Source: Candidatus Woesearchaeota archaeon
GTDB lineage: Archaea > Nanobdellota > Nanobdellia > Woesearchaeales > SKIA01
Assembly (NCBI GenBank): GCA_046704725.1
Contig: JBJKRI010000003.1
Coordinates: 131,890-195,889, forward strand
Direction of reading: 5' to 3'
Length of the DNA: 64,000 nt
The translations under genes and the position numbers were made by a program. Below the pieces are notes generated by a model. That model saw nothing but the letters and a program-made list of their open reading frames with translations, had not been told where the DNA came from and made no database searches. Position 1 is the first letter of the stretch. Each line of letters starts with the position of its first letter. Of this stretch, positions 35,900 to 45,304 are shown in pieces.

Positions 35900-37042
35900 T
35901 TAATCCCTTCCATCAGGCGATGGAGACGGGGTGCTTGCCCTGGACGGGGATTTCTTCCACAGCGTCCTGTAGTGTTTCTCGTAGGCGCTGATCATCTCCT
36001 TGTTCTCGCTCACAATCACTTGCAGTTGCTCTTCGGTGTAGATGAAGGTGACCACGCGCTCTTTCGAGCCGACGACGCATGCTGGTCCGAGGAGTTCGCG
36101 CTCCAGGAATCGGATGTGGAAGTCCTCTTGCTCCATCGATCGCAATCCGAAGTATTTCCTCGATGATTCGTCGGCGTAGCTGATGAATCGTGCCGGGATG
36201 TTGCGTTTCCTCCGGAGCACGTGCCATCGGTTCGAGAATTCCCGTCCGTATATCTGCGCGAGTTGGTATGAGAATCCGTATCCCCAGAGTCTTTTCGCGC
36301 CGTCGAGCAGTTCCATCCATGCTTTCTGGATTCCTGCGCTGCCTGCGTAGATCCGCACGTCTCTCTCCCAGATGCTTTCGAAGAGCATTGTGGCGTTCTT
36401 CGCGACTTCCTCGCTGTCTATCAGTACTGCGACAGGCACGTCGGTCCAGGTAACTGTGACCACGCCCTTGTCGAAGATGAATTCTGTGGTGAGTGATTGC
36501 TCTTGTTCCGAAAGCAGTTTCGTGCTGGCGCCTGGGAGTTCCACGCCGTCCGACGTCAAGAGTCTGGCTCGCACGCCTCTTTCTTTCGCGCGGTTCGCGA
36601 ATGTGTTGATGAAGACTGGTAGGGCGTTCTGGAATCCTTTCACCGATCCGCTGATGAGCGCTTCCTGTGTGTCTTCGAGTTCTCGCCTGAGCACGGTCCG
36701 CACTCCTTTCGCCGAGGAGAACACTTCTACGAGCGGTTCTTTCGGAGCGTGTTCCTTGTAGCTCTCCAGCGTCTTCACTGTTTCGCGTAGTCGTTCTTCC
36801 CGTTCCTCGAGTATCGTGAGCAATTGTTTGGGGGGTGCGGCCCTGAACGACTTGCGCGAGCCTTGTTTCACGTAGCTCACCAGCCCCATCTCTTCGAGAC
36901 GGGCGAGCCTGTCGTACACGAAGCTCCTGTTCCTGTCGATGCGTTTCGCCAGCTCCGATGCGGAGGTCTCTCCGCTCTTGATGAGCTGCGTGTACAGCTC
37001 TATTTCGGCTTCGGAGAGGCCTAGTTCGCTCAGCGCATCCAT
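35900..37042 (-). CDS. TrmB-family transcriptional regulator with duplicated effector domain
   Basis: LSELGLSEAE..LY..L..AS.LA..RS.VYD.L..LE..GLV..F.A.PP; two VEVF..KG / VRIY.G..G effector-like halves. Confidence 0.85.
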   Translation of the reverse strand: MDALSELGLSEAEIELYTQLIKSGETSASELAKRIDRNRSFVYDRLARLEEMGLVSYVKQGSRKSFRAAPPKQLLTILEEREERLRETVKTLESYKEHAPKEPLVEVFSSAKGVRTVLRRELEDTQEALISGSVKGFQNALPVFINTFANRAKERGVRARLLTSDGVELPGASTKLLSEQEQSLTTEFIFDKGVVTVTWTDVPVAVLIDSEEVAKNATMLFESIWERDVRIYAGSAGIQKAWMELLDGAKRLWGYGFSYQLAQIYGREFSNRWHVLRRKRNIPARFISYADESSRKYFGLRSMEQEDFHIRFLERELLGPACVVGSKERVVTFIYTEEQLQVIVSENKEMISAYEKHYRTLWKKSPSRASTPSPSPDGRD

Positions 37043-37066
37043 TGTTGTGCGATTATAAGACAACAA
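37042..37066. promoter_or_regulatory. Inverted repeat flanking TTATAA in TrmB/SIS divergent promoter
   Basis: TTGTTGT-N11-ACAACAA. Confidence 0.55.
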
Positions 37067-37099
37067 CATTTAATGTATTGCAGTCACTAATAGGTAGTT

Positions 37100-38203
37100 A
37101 TGATTCCGCGTCTGAAACGCTACAAAGGGTTCATCGACAACGAGTATGTCCCTCGCCTGGAACGCAGCAAGGAATACGAGATCGGTGTCATACACGATGC
37201 CATCCGAAAGAAGGTCGACGCCCACGCGTACGACACGATATTGTTCACGGGCATGGGATGCTCGGCCATCGTCTCCGACCTCATAAAGGGGTTGTTCGCG
37301 CACAAGAGGATCCCCCTACACGTGGAGGTCATTAACGACTACGAGATCGACTATCTGCTTGACACGGACGAGCTCGCAAGAGGCAAGACGCTGGTGATCA
37401 TCAGTTCGTACTCGGGGCACTCGAAAGAACCGATACGCGCGTACCACAGGCTCAAGCGGCACACGGACGACATCATATTCCTCACGTCCGGCGGCAGGCT
37501 TGGGAGCATCAGCGAGAAGGAGAACGTCTCCATCATCTACTGGCGGCTCGTCGATCCCGACCGCGAGTACCCGCTCTTCCATGCCCCGCAATACCTCAGC
37601 ATCATGCTCGACATCTTCTATCGCATGGGCCTGATAGACACGAACTACGAAAAGGAGATCCACGAGGCCGCACGCTATGTCGAGGAGCGCTTCACCGAGC
37701 AGGAGGAGTTGACAGCCCAAGCGCTCGCAGAGCAGCTCCACGGCCACAACGTGATACTCATCGCGAACCCGAAATGGTACTTGTCGCTGCTCAAGCTCGC
37801 GAAGATGCATATCAACGAGATTGCCATGGCGCCGTGCCACCGCAACTACATCCACGAGTTCGGCCACAGCGAGGTGGCCACATTGACGAGCCCGAAGCAG
37901 AAGCAGGCGGTGTGGTTCTTCATCGACGGCGATGACGACGACTACACCAAGGAGAAAGTGGATACGATGACTGCGCTGCTGACAAAAGAGGTCCCGCAGA
38001 ACGAGCACGTGACGGTGGCCAAGACGCGGCTGGACCAGGACGGCTTTTTCAAGCAGCTCTTCTTCACGCTGCAGTTCGTCCAATACACGAGCTACTTCCT
38101 GGGCGTCCTCAGCGGTCACGAGTCGAGGGAGCTCATCTCGACCGCTGCCGGGAATCCGTGGTACAACCAGGCGACCATCCGGAAGGAATCTGCCGAGCAG
38201 TGA
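37100..38203 (+). CDS. SIS-domain protein (bifunctional PGI/PMI-like)
   Basis: GMGCSAI..D, ISSYSG..E, TSGG.L, INE.A..E..H.E. Confidence 0.75.
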   Translation: MIPRLKRYKGFIDNEYVPRLERSKEYEIGVIHDAIRKKVDAHAYDTILFTGMGCSAIVSDLIKGLFAHKRIPLHVEVINDYEIDYLLDTDELARGKTLVIISSYSGHSKEPIRAYHRLKRHTDDIIFLTSGGRLGSISEKENVSIIYWRLVDPDREYPLFHAPQYLSIMLDIFYRMGLIDTNYEKEIHEAARYVEERFTEQEELTAQALAEQLHGHNVILIANPKWYLSLLKLAKMHINEIAMAPCHRNYIHEFGHSEVATLTSPKQKQAVWFFIDGDDDDYTKEKVDTMTALLTKEVPQNEHVTVAKTRLDQDGFFKQLFFTLQFVQYTSYFLGVLSGHESRELISTAAGNPWYNQATIRKESAEQ

Positions 38204-38282
38204 TTTGGCCCGTCAGCCACCTCGCCTCTTCGGTGAAGCAGTATTTATTGCTGTCGATGGGCGCATCGACTTGTTGAGGTCT

Positions 38283-39200
38283 CTACGGGAGCTCGCTGAG
38301 CACTGTGTTCGGTTGGGAGATCAAGAAGACGACCATGGCGTGTCCCATCGCGTGGAACACGATGATGGATTCCGCTTCGTTGCTGTCTGCGAGCAATCGC
38401 TGTCCTTCGTCGAAGTAGATGCTCTGCCACAGGTCGTTGATGCGCGCGAACTGTCTTGTGTCTTTCTTCGCGTGCATCTCGAGGAATATCTTGAACATGG
38501 AGAGCGACTTTCGAAGGAGCTTATTGACTTCCTCGCGTACCGGCTCTTTCTCGAGCCTGGAGCGCTTGGTGAAGATGTAGTACACGTGGTATGCAGCGAT
38601 GATGACGCGCTCGAGCAGCAGGTCGAGGAACACTTCGTCGCTGCGAGACATGAAAGGCGTCTTGTGTATCGCGCGCCGGCAGAACAGGGAGTAGCGCCTG
38701 CAGTCCCTGATGAACTGCTCGATCGCTGTCGTGTCGGAGAACGCGTCGTTTTCGACGGCCGTGAGCAGCAATTCGTGGCCGTAGAGGACGACGTTGAAAA
38801 AGCGCTTTTGTATCGTCCGGACCTCCTGCGCCGTCGGCATCGCCGTCTCGCGCACGATGCACCGTCCTTTCCCTTGCTCCACGATCTCGTAGCCGATGAG
38901 GTTCGCCACCGTCTCCTGGATGGTTTCCATCGCGTCGGGATCCATGAACGCGATATCGAGTTCGTCGGTCCCGCGCAGGTAGTTGTTCTCGATCATGATC
39001 CGGTAGTAGTCGGCGATGCCCTTCTCCAGACGCAGCTTTTCGCGTGTGGACGCTGTCTGCGGCTCCGCGGAGACGATCAGGGAGGCGTTCTTTTCTGCGA
39101 CCTCCACTTCGCTCGCTTCCTCGAGATGATATTCTCGTATCCAGCGTATGGGTAGCGTGATCGTGTAGGCGGATTTCTGTCGTATGAGCTTCCTGCGCAT
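38283..39200 (-). CDS. AbrB + PhoU-like phosphate-uptake regulator family protein
   Basis: RKLIRQK.AYTITLP..W; Y..G.D..I; LIGYEIVEQ. Confidence 0.8.
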   Translation of the reverse strand: MRRKLIRQKSAYTITLPIRWIREYHLEEASEVEVAEKNASLIVSAEPQTASTREKLRLEKGIADYYRIMIENNYLRGTDELDIAFMDPDAMETIQETVANLIGYEIVEQGKGRCIVRETAMPTAQEVRTIQKRFFNVVLYGHELLLTAVENDAFSDTTAIEQFIRDCRRYSLFCRRAIHKTPFMSRSDEVFLDLLLERVIIAAYHVYYIFTKRSRLEKEPVREEVNKLLRKSLSMFKIFLEMHAKKDTRQFARINDLWQSIYFDEGQRLLADSNEAESIIVFHAMGHAMVVFLISQPNTVLSELP

Positions 39201-39281
39201 GGATCTGCACTCTTCGTTCGATTGATATACGTTTCGTATATTTACTATGGGACTCATATAAATTGTTAATGATGCTACGAT

Positions 39282-40934
39282 ATGGTGATGAACATACTCG
39301 GTGTGAATGACTTTTCTGGACACGATGTCAGCGCGGCGCTCGTGAGCGCAACTCAAGAGGGCTTGCGCATAGTCGGTGCGAGCGATGAGGAACGGTTTTC
39401 CAATCGGAAGCACCATCCTGGATTCTATAATGGAGGAACAGGTCCAGACAATACGTTAAGATGGCTCCGTGATTATGGTCCTGTCGATAGTTTTGCCCTC
39501 GCATGGGATATGGACATGGATGCGTGGCGTCACCACAAAACAGAGCTGCTCAAAGTCCATCATGCCTGTGGAAGCCGCCTCGACGAGCGCATCAGTGCTG
39601 CGCTTCGGTCCATACGTGACTGGAGCCGAAGGCGAACACGATCCCTTGAGACGCTGGAAATCTTCGCGCCCGTAACTGCTGTCCCACACCATCGTGCGCA
39701 CGCGAGCCTCAGCTACCGCACGTCTCCCTATGATGAGGCCCTTGTCGTCGTGATGGACGGCGCGGGAGAAGCGGTATCGACATCGGTCTTCATGGGGCGG
39801 GGCAATACCCTCACCGAGTTGGCGAACTACCCGATCAGCCAGTCGCTCGGAACCGCGTACAGCATCGTGACCGAATTGCTCGGCTTCGAACATCACAATG
39901 AAGGAAAGACCATGGGGCTCGCGCCCTACGGCGAGCCGATGAAAGAGCCTCTTCTCACGTATGACGTTCAACATGATGAATTTCGGATCAACACGGAACG
40001 GATCTCTGAACTACAGAGATACAATCGCAAACCCGCAGGACGGATAACGCTGCTCCACAAGGATATCGCGGCGACACTGCAGGCCAATCTTACGACAGCA
40101 GTCCTGCGGTTCGTGGAAAAGTGGGTGTCCCGCACGGGCTGCCGGACGGTGTGCCTCGGCGGAGGCATCACGCTCAACTGCAAGACGAACGGCGAACTCT
40201 ACAGATCGGGTGTCGTCGATAAAATGTTCGTCCCTCCCGCATCGAACGACTCTGGCACATCGCTTGGAGCCGCTCTGGAACAGATGTCAGAGATAGTTCC
40301 CCAGTTCGCGCTCGACGTGAAGCGCGCTGATTTCGGCTACCGTGCGGAAGACGTCAAAGGATTGGTTGAATTGGAGGGAAGGCCATACGAACAGATTTCG
40401 CGACCAGAGCTACGGATGGTCGACGATATCCTTTCGGGACGGATAATCGCTGTGTACAATGGAGCCGCGGAGTTCGGTCCGCGCGCTCTTGGTCACCGGT
40501 CGATTCTCGCAGACCCATCCGATAAGACTGTGGTGAAACGGCTCAATTCGTCCGTAAAGCGTCGCGAGTGCTGGCGTCCGTACGGCGTAATGCTCCTCGC
40601 CGAAGATACGCCTCAGCTCTTCGGTCGCGCCTATGACGCGCCGTTCATGAACCTCGCTGTGCGAGCGACGCCGCTCGCGGATAGCCCTCTTGGGGGAGTC
40701 ATCCACGTCGACGGGTCGGTGCGGATACAGACGGTCGACCACAATCAGCCGTTCCAGTACCGTTTGCTTCAGGAGATGAAGAGACGCACAGGATGGGGTG
40801 CGGTGGTCAATACCTCGCTCAACCCTCCCGGACGGCCCATCGCGAACCCGCCTGCCGACGCGTTTTGTATTTTTGACACGACCGGCATAGATGCGCTGTA
40901 CGTTGATGACTTCCGCACGAGCAAGAAGGCATGA
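39282..40934 (+). CDS. Carbamoyltransferase (NodU/CmcH/TobZ family)
   Basis: HD.SAAL..EERFS..KH, HH.AHA, DGAGE, SLG..Y, EGK.MGLAPYG, GG..LNC..N, EFGPRALGHRSIL, HVDGS.R.QTV, NTSLN. Confidence 0.92.
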   Translation: MVMNILGVNDFSGHDVSAALVSATQEGLRIVGASDEERFSNRKHHPGFYNGGTGPDNTLRWLRDYGPVDSFALAWDMDMDAWRHHKTELLKVHHACGSRLDERISAALRSIRDWSRRRTRSLETLEIFAPVTAVPHHRAHASLSYRTSPYDEALVVVMDGAGEAVSTSVFMGRGNTLTELANYPISQSLGTAYSIVTELLGFEHHNEGKTMGLAPYGEPMKEPLLTYDVQHDEFRINTERISELQRYNRKPAGRITLLHKDIAATLQANLTTAVLRFVEKWVSRTGCRTVCLGGGITLNCKTNGELYRSGVVDKMFVPPASNDSGTSLGAALEQMSEIVPQFALDVKRADFGYRAEDVKGLVELEGRPYEQISRPELRMVDDILSGRIIAVYNGAAEFGPRALGHRSILADPSDKTVVKRLNSSVKRRECWRPYGVMLLAEDTPQLFGRAYDAPFMNLAVRATPLADSPLGGVIHVDGSVRIQTVDHNQPFQYRLLQEMKRRTGWGAVVNTSLNPPGRPIANPPADAFCIFDTTGIDALYVDDFRTSKKA

Positions 40935-41668
40935 TGAATCGCCGCATCCTCCGGAATCTAGACGGTACGCTCATCAGGTGGAAACGCATGAGACACTATG
41001 CGAAGCTGTTCCGGAATCCCTGCGGGAACTCCCAAGCGGGGTTCCTCAAGAAAGCCGTGCTCTACCTGCATGTAGCGGACCTTGGAGGGGATTACGCGGA
41101 GTTCGGCGTGTATCGTGGCGAGACGCTCGCGACTGCGTATCACTTCACGCGCCAACCCAATCGCTTGCCCCACCAGGCCAATACGCTTGGCGGGATGCGC
41201 TTTTTCGCCTTCGACTCGTTCGAGGGGCTTCCTGCGCCGACGGGCCTTGACGCGCTGGGCTTCCGTTCGCGTGATTTCCACGAGGGCGCGTACGCGTGCG
41301 ACGAAGAGCGTTTTCGCAAGAACCTGCGACGCCGGCATGTGGATCTGTCCCGGGTGGTCACGGTTCCCGGCTGGTTCTCAGAGACATTGACGACTAATCG
41401 TGACTACGGGCTTTCGCGCGTTGCGCTCGCCTTCATCGATTGCGATCTCTACGAATCGACAGTGCCTGTCCTCGATTTCCTCACGGAGCGTCTGGTCGAC
41501 GGCAGCATCGTCGCTTTCGACGACTGGTACGCTTTCCGCGGGAATCCTGCGAAGGGCCAGCAGCGTGCCTTCGCTGAATGGCGCAGACGCGAGCAAGACC
41601 TAGAAATGACACAGTTCCAGAAGTTCGGATGGCACGGAAACTCGTTCATCATCAACAGAGCAGCTTGA
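40931..41668 (+). CDS. TylF/MycF/NovP-family O-methyltransferase
   Basis: GDY.EFGVY.G, FDSFEGLP, GWF..TL, IDCDLYEST, FDDW. Confidence 0.9.
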   Translation: MMNRRILRNLDGTLIRWKRMRHYAKLFRNPCGNSQAGFLKKAVLYLHVADLGGDYAEFGVYRGETLATAYHFTRQPNRLPHQANTLGGMRFFAFDSFEGLPAPTGLDALGFRSRDFHEGAYACDEERFRKNLRRRHVDLSRVVTVPGWFSETLTTNRDYGLSRVALAFIDCDLYESTVPVLDFLTERLVDGSIVAFDDWYAFRGNPAKGQQRAFAEWRRREQDLEMTQFQKFGWHGNSFIINRAA

Positions 41669-41686
41669 TCGTTCGGGTTTCCTTCA

Positions 41687-41760
41687 TGCTCCCGCGGGGA
41701 TTCGAACCCCGGGCTTACCCTCCGCAGGGGTAAATCATATCCAGGCTAGACTACGGGAGC
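41687..41760 (-). tRNA. tRNA-Arg (GCG)
   Basis: Reverse strand GCTCCCG/CGGGAGC acceptor, TACCC-CTGCGGA-GGGTA anticodon arm, CGGGG-TTCGAAT-CCCCG T arm. Confidence 0.95.
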
Positions 41761-42000
41761 GTTGTGTTGCGGACTTGTCCGGCGTATAAAAAGATGCGCC
41801 TCTGCATCGTGTTGTTTGTGTTGCGCGCACGCGTCTCACGACAAAGCTTAAATACGACCGTCCGGGTATCGGAAGTGGGGGTAACGTGATGGTTGCTTCG
41901 AACCTCACCGCAAGGTTTTTATACAAACCATCACAACCTTTCAAACAGCATCAATCGAAAAGGGACATCGTGATGTATATGTTCCAAACGGTGTAACAGA

Positions 42001-42273
42001 ATGGCAAGGCAAAAACGCATCTTCGACGTTCTCTTCCGGGAAAAGCCCGTGATGATGCTCGTCGCCTTGCTCAATTCCACCAAAGACATGTACGCTTCCA
42101 CACTGGCGAAACAGGTGGACTGCACGTACAGCCACGTCGTCAAGATCCTGCAGGAGATGAACAAGGCGGGCCTTGTCGCGTTCAACCGGCAAGGACGCCT
42201 GAAGATACTCACCCTGACAAAGAAGGGGCAGGACGTGGCGAAGAATCTCGAGAGCGTCCGCCAGACGCTGTAG
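42001..42273 (+). CDS. Winged-helix DNA-binding protein (MarR-like)
   Basis: YAS.LAK.VDCTYSHVVKIL..M...GLV.F..GR.K...LT.KG. Confidence 0.85.
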   Translation: MARQKRIFDVLFREKPVMMLVALLNSTKDMYASTLAKQVDCTYSHVVKILQEMNKAGLVAFNRQGRLKILTLTKKGQDVAKNLESVRQTL

Positions 42274-42323
42274 ACCGGTCGCTGTCTTCGCATACAGTCT
42301 TGTACGAGAGGTGGATAACTGTT

Positions 42324-43406
42324 CTACTTCACGTCGAAGCGGGTGATCTCGAGGAACTCCTTGCCCGTCTTCATGTGGTAGTCCGCGTTCTCGTTGAACT
42401 GGCACAGCTTGGTGATGATCTGCGGCAGCAGGATCTTGTTGCCCCTGTACTCCAACGCCGTGATGATCTCCTGGTCCGAGTCGGCCTCCTGCAGGCCTTC
42501 CATGATCTCTTTCGTACCGGCGCGCGCGACCTTCTTGCGCCGCTTGTCCGACCGCTCCCGTAGGAACGACGCGATGCCGTTCGCCACGTCCTTCTCGGTC
42601 GTCTTGGTCACGAGCTGCAATCCAGGGGACAGGTTCACCTCGAGCACCAACGGCCCGCGGTGAGATATCAGAAGGTCGACGCCGGCGATATCCGCTCCGA
42701 CCGCTTGCGCGGCGCGGATGCACAATTGTTTCGTGGCGGCGTCGAGCTCGAGCTTCTCGCCGTGCCCGCCGCTGTGCAGGTTGGCGCGGATGTCGTGGTC
42801 GCTCGCCACGCGCTGGTACGACGCGACGACCTTGTCGCCGCACACGATCGCTCGCACGTCACGCCCGCCCGTCTCGATGAACTCCTGGATGAGGAACGGC
42901 TGTCGCAACGCCGACAACGCATCGAGTATCCCGTTCGCCACGATCTCGCTGTCCGCGTAGATCACTCCTTTTCCTCCCGTGCCGTTCGGGAACTTGAGTA
43001 TGATAGGGTATGTGAGCTTCTGCAATAATCCTTTCGCGCCATCGATGGTCGAGACGATGTAGGTCGTCGGCATCGGTACGCCCGCTTGGTGCAGCGCCAA
43101 TTGAGTCAGCAGTTTGTCGTGTCCGATGGTGAATGCCGTCGAGCGGATCGGCATGTAGCAGCCGCGTTCCATGATCGCGGTCACCGACTCCAGTAATTGC
43201 GCGTAGCGGAAGCTCCCTTTCGCGTAGATGCAGTCGTAGCGTGGGATGCGCTCCCCGTTGTGCAGCACTTCGGACTTGTCGCCGGAGAAGCTCACCTCCA
43301 TGTCTCGCAGGTCGAGCACGTCCACCTCGTCGAAGTGGCGCTTGAGCGCTTCGGCCGTCCATTTGCTCGACGTGCTCCCCAGGCTGATGAGCGCGACCGA
43401 TGTCAT
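42324..43406 (-). CDS. RimK-family ATP-grasp ligase with C-terminal extension
   Basis: HDKLLT..L..GVPMP.T, YPIILK..G.GGKGV, IQEFI..DVR..V, RANLH.GG, GVDL..LEVN.SPG. Confidence 0.88.
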   Translation of the reverse strand: MTSVALISLGSTSSKWTAEALKRHFDEVDVLDLRDMEVSFSGDKSEVLHNGERIPRYDCIYAKGSFRYAQLLESVTAIMERGCYMPIRSTAFTIGHDKLLTQLALHQAGVPMPTTYIVSTIDGAKGLLQKLTYPIILKFPNGTGGKGVIYADSEIVANGILDALSALRQPFLIQEFIETGGRDVRAIVCGDKVVASYQRVASDHDIRANLHSGGHGEKLELDAATKQLCIRAAQAVGADIAGVDLLISHRGPLVLEVNLSPGLQLVTKTTEKDVANGIASFLRERSDKRRKKVARAGTKEIMEGLQEADSDQEIITALEYRGNKILLPQIITKLCQFNENADYHMKTGKEFLEITRFDVK

Positions 43407-43756
43407 CGTTTCCCTCCTTTGTTCGGGTTGATGAGGAAGCCCTGCTTGAGCACGTCCTGCCCGATGAGCATGCGATACGTCATGTGGCTGCGGTCGGCGA
43501 GGCTGAAGAGTCCTTCGACTCTCTTCCCGCCGAGCTCGATGGTGCAGCGGACCACGGGGCGCACCTTCTTGCCGTTCGCGCTCTTCACGGTCATCACCCG
43601 CTCGATGGGTCCGAGCGAGAGCTCCGCTGCGAGCGACGCGTCCATGCTGCTCGTCTCTGCTCCCGTGTCGATGCGCGCGAGCACCTCTTCTTGCGCGTCG
43701 TGGTCGTGGACGATGATATGCTCGGTGAGGCCGAGGATGACGGGTTTCTCGCTCAT
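43403..43756 (-). CDS. RimK-associated retropepsin-like aspartic protease
   Basis: ILG..E..ARIDTGA..SS..RPVV..FSLADRS.M.Y.MLIG..L..FLINP. Confidence 0.85.
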   Translation of the reverse strand: MSEKPVILGLTEHIIVHDHDAQEEVLARIDTGAETSSMDASLAAELSLGPIERVMTVKSANGKKVRPVVRCTIELGGKRVEGLFSLADRSHMTYRMLIGQDVLKQGFLINPNKGGKR

Positions 43757-43829
43757 GACGCAAGGCACGCACGCTCCGTTTTTAAACGTGCCTGCGGGTC
43801 TTTTATACACTGGGTGCGTGTTATCGCTG

Positions 43830-44381
43830 ATGGCGCGCTTTGAGCAGCCTTCGGATGCGGTCCGTCCCCTTCTCGCCTACGCACACGCCGATTTCGACCG
43901 TTTTTCCCTGCTCCCTGGGCCGGAGGGCGGGCAGGTCCCGTACAAGAAGGTGCTTGAGTGGCGCGTGAGCATCGTCCCGCTCACGAGAGTGAGAAAATCG
44001 CTCTTGCCTCCTGGCCTGAAGACCATCTACATCGTCCATGGCTCCGAGGAGGGTCTTGTCCGTGCCACGTTCAGGCGGGTGATCCGTGTTTCGGCCCTCG
44101 ACGATTTCGTGCGGAACGAACCCGATATTCAGGTGGTCGGGATGGGTGACTACAGTCATGGGGACCAGCGTCTGCTCTATGTCGACGGCTCTGGGACCCG
44201 GTGCAATATCCCGTATCGACATTTGCTGGACGTACGGCTCGAGAGGGCTCTCGCGCTCGTCGACATGATCGCGGATCCGGGGCGAAGATTGCTCGGCGGC
44301 GTTCCTGAGGAGAGCTTCTCTATCCCGCAGCGGTATGCCAAGGCGTTCGCGGACGGCATCGACCCGATCCTCCTTCGATGA
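43830..44381 (+). CDS. Hypothetical protein (ORFan)
   Basis: TTTTATA box at ~43801, ATG at 43830; no recognisable motif. Confidence 0.5.
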   Translation: MARFEQPSDAVRPLLAYAHADFDRFSLLPGPEGGQVPYKKVLEWRVSIVPLTRVRKSLLPPGLKTIYIVHGSEEGLVRATFRRVIRVSALDDFVRNEPDIQVVGMGDYSHGDQRLLYVDGSGTRCNIPYRHLLDVRLERALALVDMIADPGRRLLGGVPEESFSIPQRYAKAFADGIDPILLR

Positions 44382-44384
44382 GGC

Positions 44385-44732
44385 TTACAGCAGCGGTAGT
44401 TCTCGCGTGATGGGATCCACATCCTCCTCGTTTGCGGGCCCGATCGCGCCGCACGTGACCGTGCCCGGAGCGACCACGGTCTTGCCCGCGTCCGTGATGA
44501 CCGCCGTCGCAAGCCCTGCATCCTTGGCCTGCTGGATGTAGCGGTACAGCTCATCCTCGGACGACACTTTCACGACGATCTTCGCCATGCCCTCGGATCG
44601 CCAGGCGGCGTATTCCTCCTTGCTCGCGCGGTGCGCCGCTTCGACCGCTGCGTGCGCTCCCTGCGCCACCGCCTTGCCGGGAGGGAGCTTGAGGTCTTTT
44701 CTGATGAGGATGACCTGCTTGTGCATGTCCAT
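44385..44732 (-). CDS. pth2: Peptidyl-tRNA hydrolase Pth2
   Basis: KQVI.IR.DLK...GK..AQ.AHA..KIVVKV..DAG.T...PGT.T..AIGP. Confidence 0.95.
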   Translation of the reverse strand: MDMHKQVILIRKDLKLPPGKAVAQGAHAAVEAAHRASKEEYAAWRSEGMAKIVVKVSSEDELYRYIQQAKDAGLATAVITDAGKTVVAPGTVTCGAIGPANEEDVDPITRELPLL

Positions 44733-44905
44733 TCAGAACCGCTTTCCCATAAAAAACCCGCAGGTTGAAAAGACGCTCCAAGTTCCCCACGATGCGGGTC
44801 CTGCGGCTCTTAAGCGCCCCGAGCATGGCTCCGGCCGGCGAGGACGCGGCGTGAGTGGCCGCAGGAGCCCGCAATCCTTATAACGGCAAAAGCCGTCCCG
44901 CGGAT

Positions 44906-45079
44906 ATGGATCTCTGGTGGTTCTGGATGCTCGTGGGCGTCGTCTTGCTCGTCGCTGGCGTCTGGCTCATGGCGGATTTCATCGTGCAGTTCGCCAAGCT
45001 CATCGTCGGGCTCATCTTCTTCGTCATCGGCCTGCAATTGCTCGCCGGCGCAAGGCACCCCAAGATCCGTGTGCGCTAG
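44906..45079 (+). CDS. Small 2-TM membrane protein
   Basis: TTATAA box ~25 bp upstream; hydrophobic 57 aa. Confidence 0.6.
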   Translation: MDLWWFWMLVGVVLLVAGVWLMADFIVQFAKLIVGLIFFVIGLQLLAGARHPKIRVR

Positions 45080-45118
45080 ACCGGAAGGCATATAATCTCT
45101 GCTATAGTCTATAGTTTC

Positions 45119-45304
45119 ATGGTGACCACGATTCAGCTCGATGAGTCCACCCGCAACCGCTTGGCTTCATTGAAGGGCTCTCGGACCTACGACGAGGTGA
45201 TCCGGGAATTGCTCGACCGCAAGCAAGGCAAGCCGTCGCGCTTCGGTGTGCACCCCCGCCTGCGTTGGCGTTCCACGGACCGTATGAGGTTCCGCGATGA
45301 GTGA
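45119..45304 (+). CDS. Antitoxin (RHH/VapB-like)
   Basis: TTIQL...TR..L..LK...TYDEVI..LL; CTATAG-T-CTATAG upstream; overlaps PIN gene. Confidence 0.8.
   Translation: MVTTIQLDESTRNRLASLKGSRTYDEVIRELLDRKQGKPSRFGVHPRLRWRSTDRMRFRDE

Noticed and set aside
44775-44880. AAGTTCCCCAC as the start of RNase P RNA
   Set aside because: No GAGGAA before it, no matching 3' P4 strand, and the space is too short
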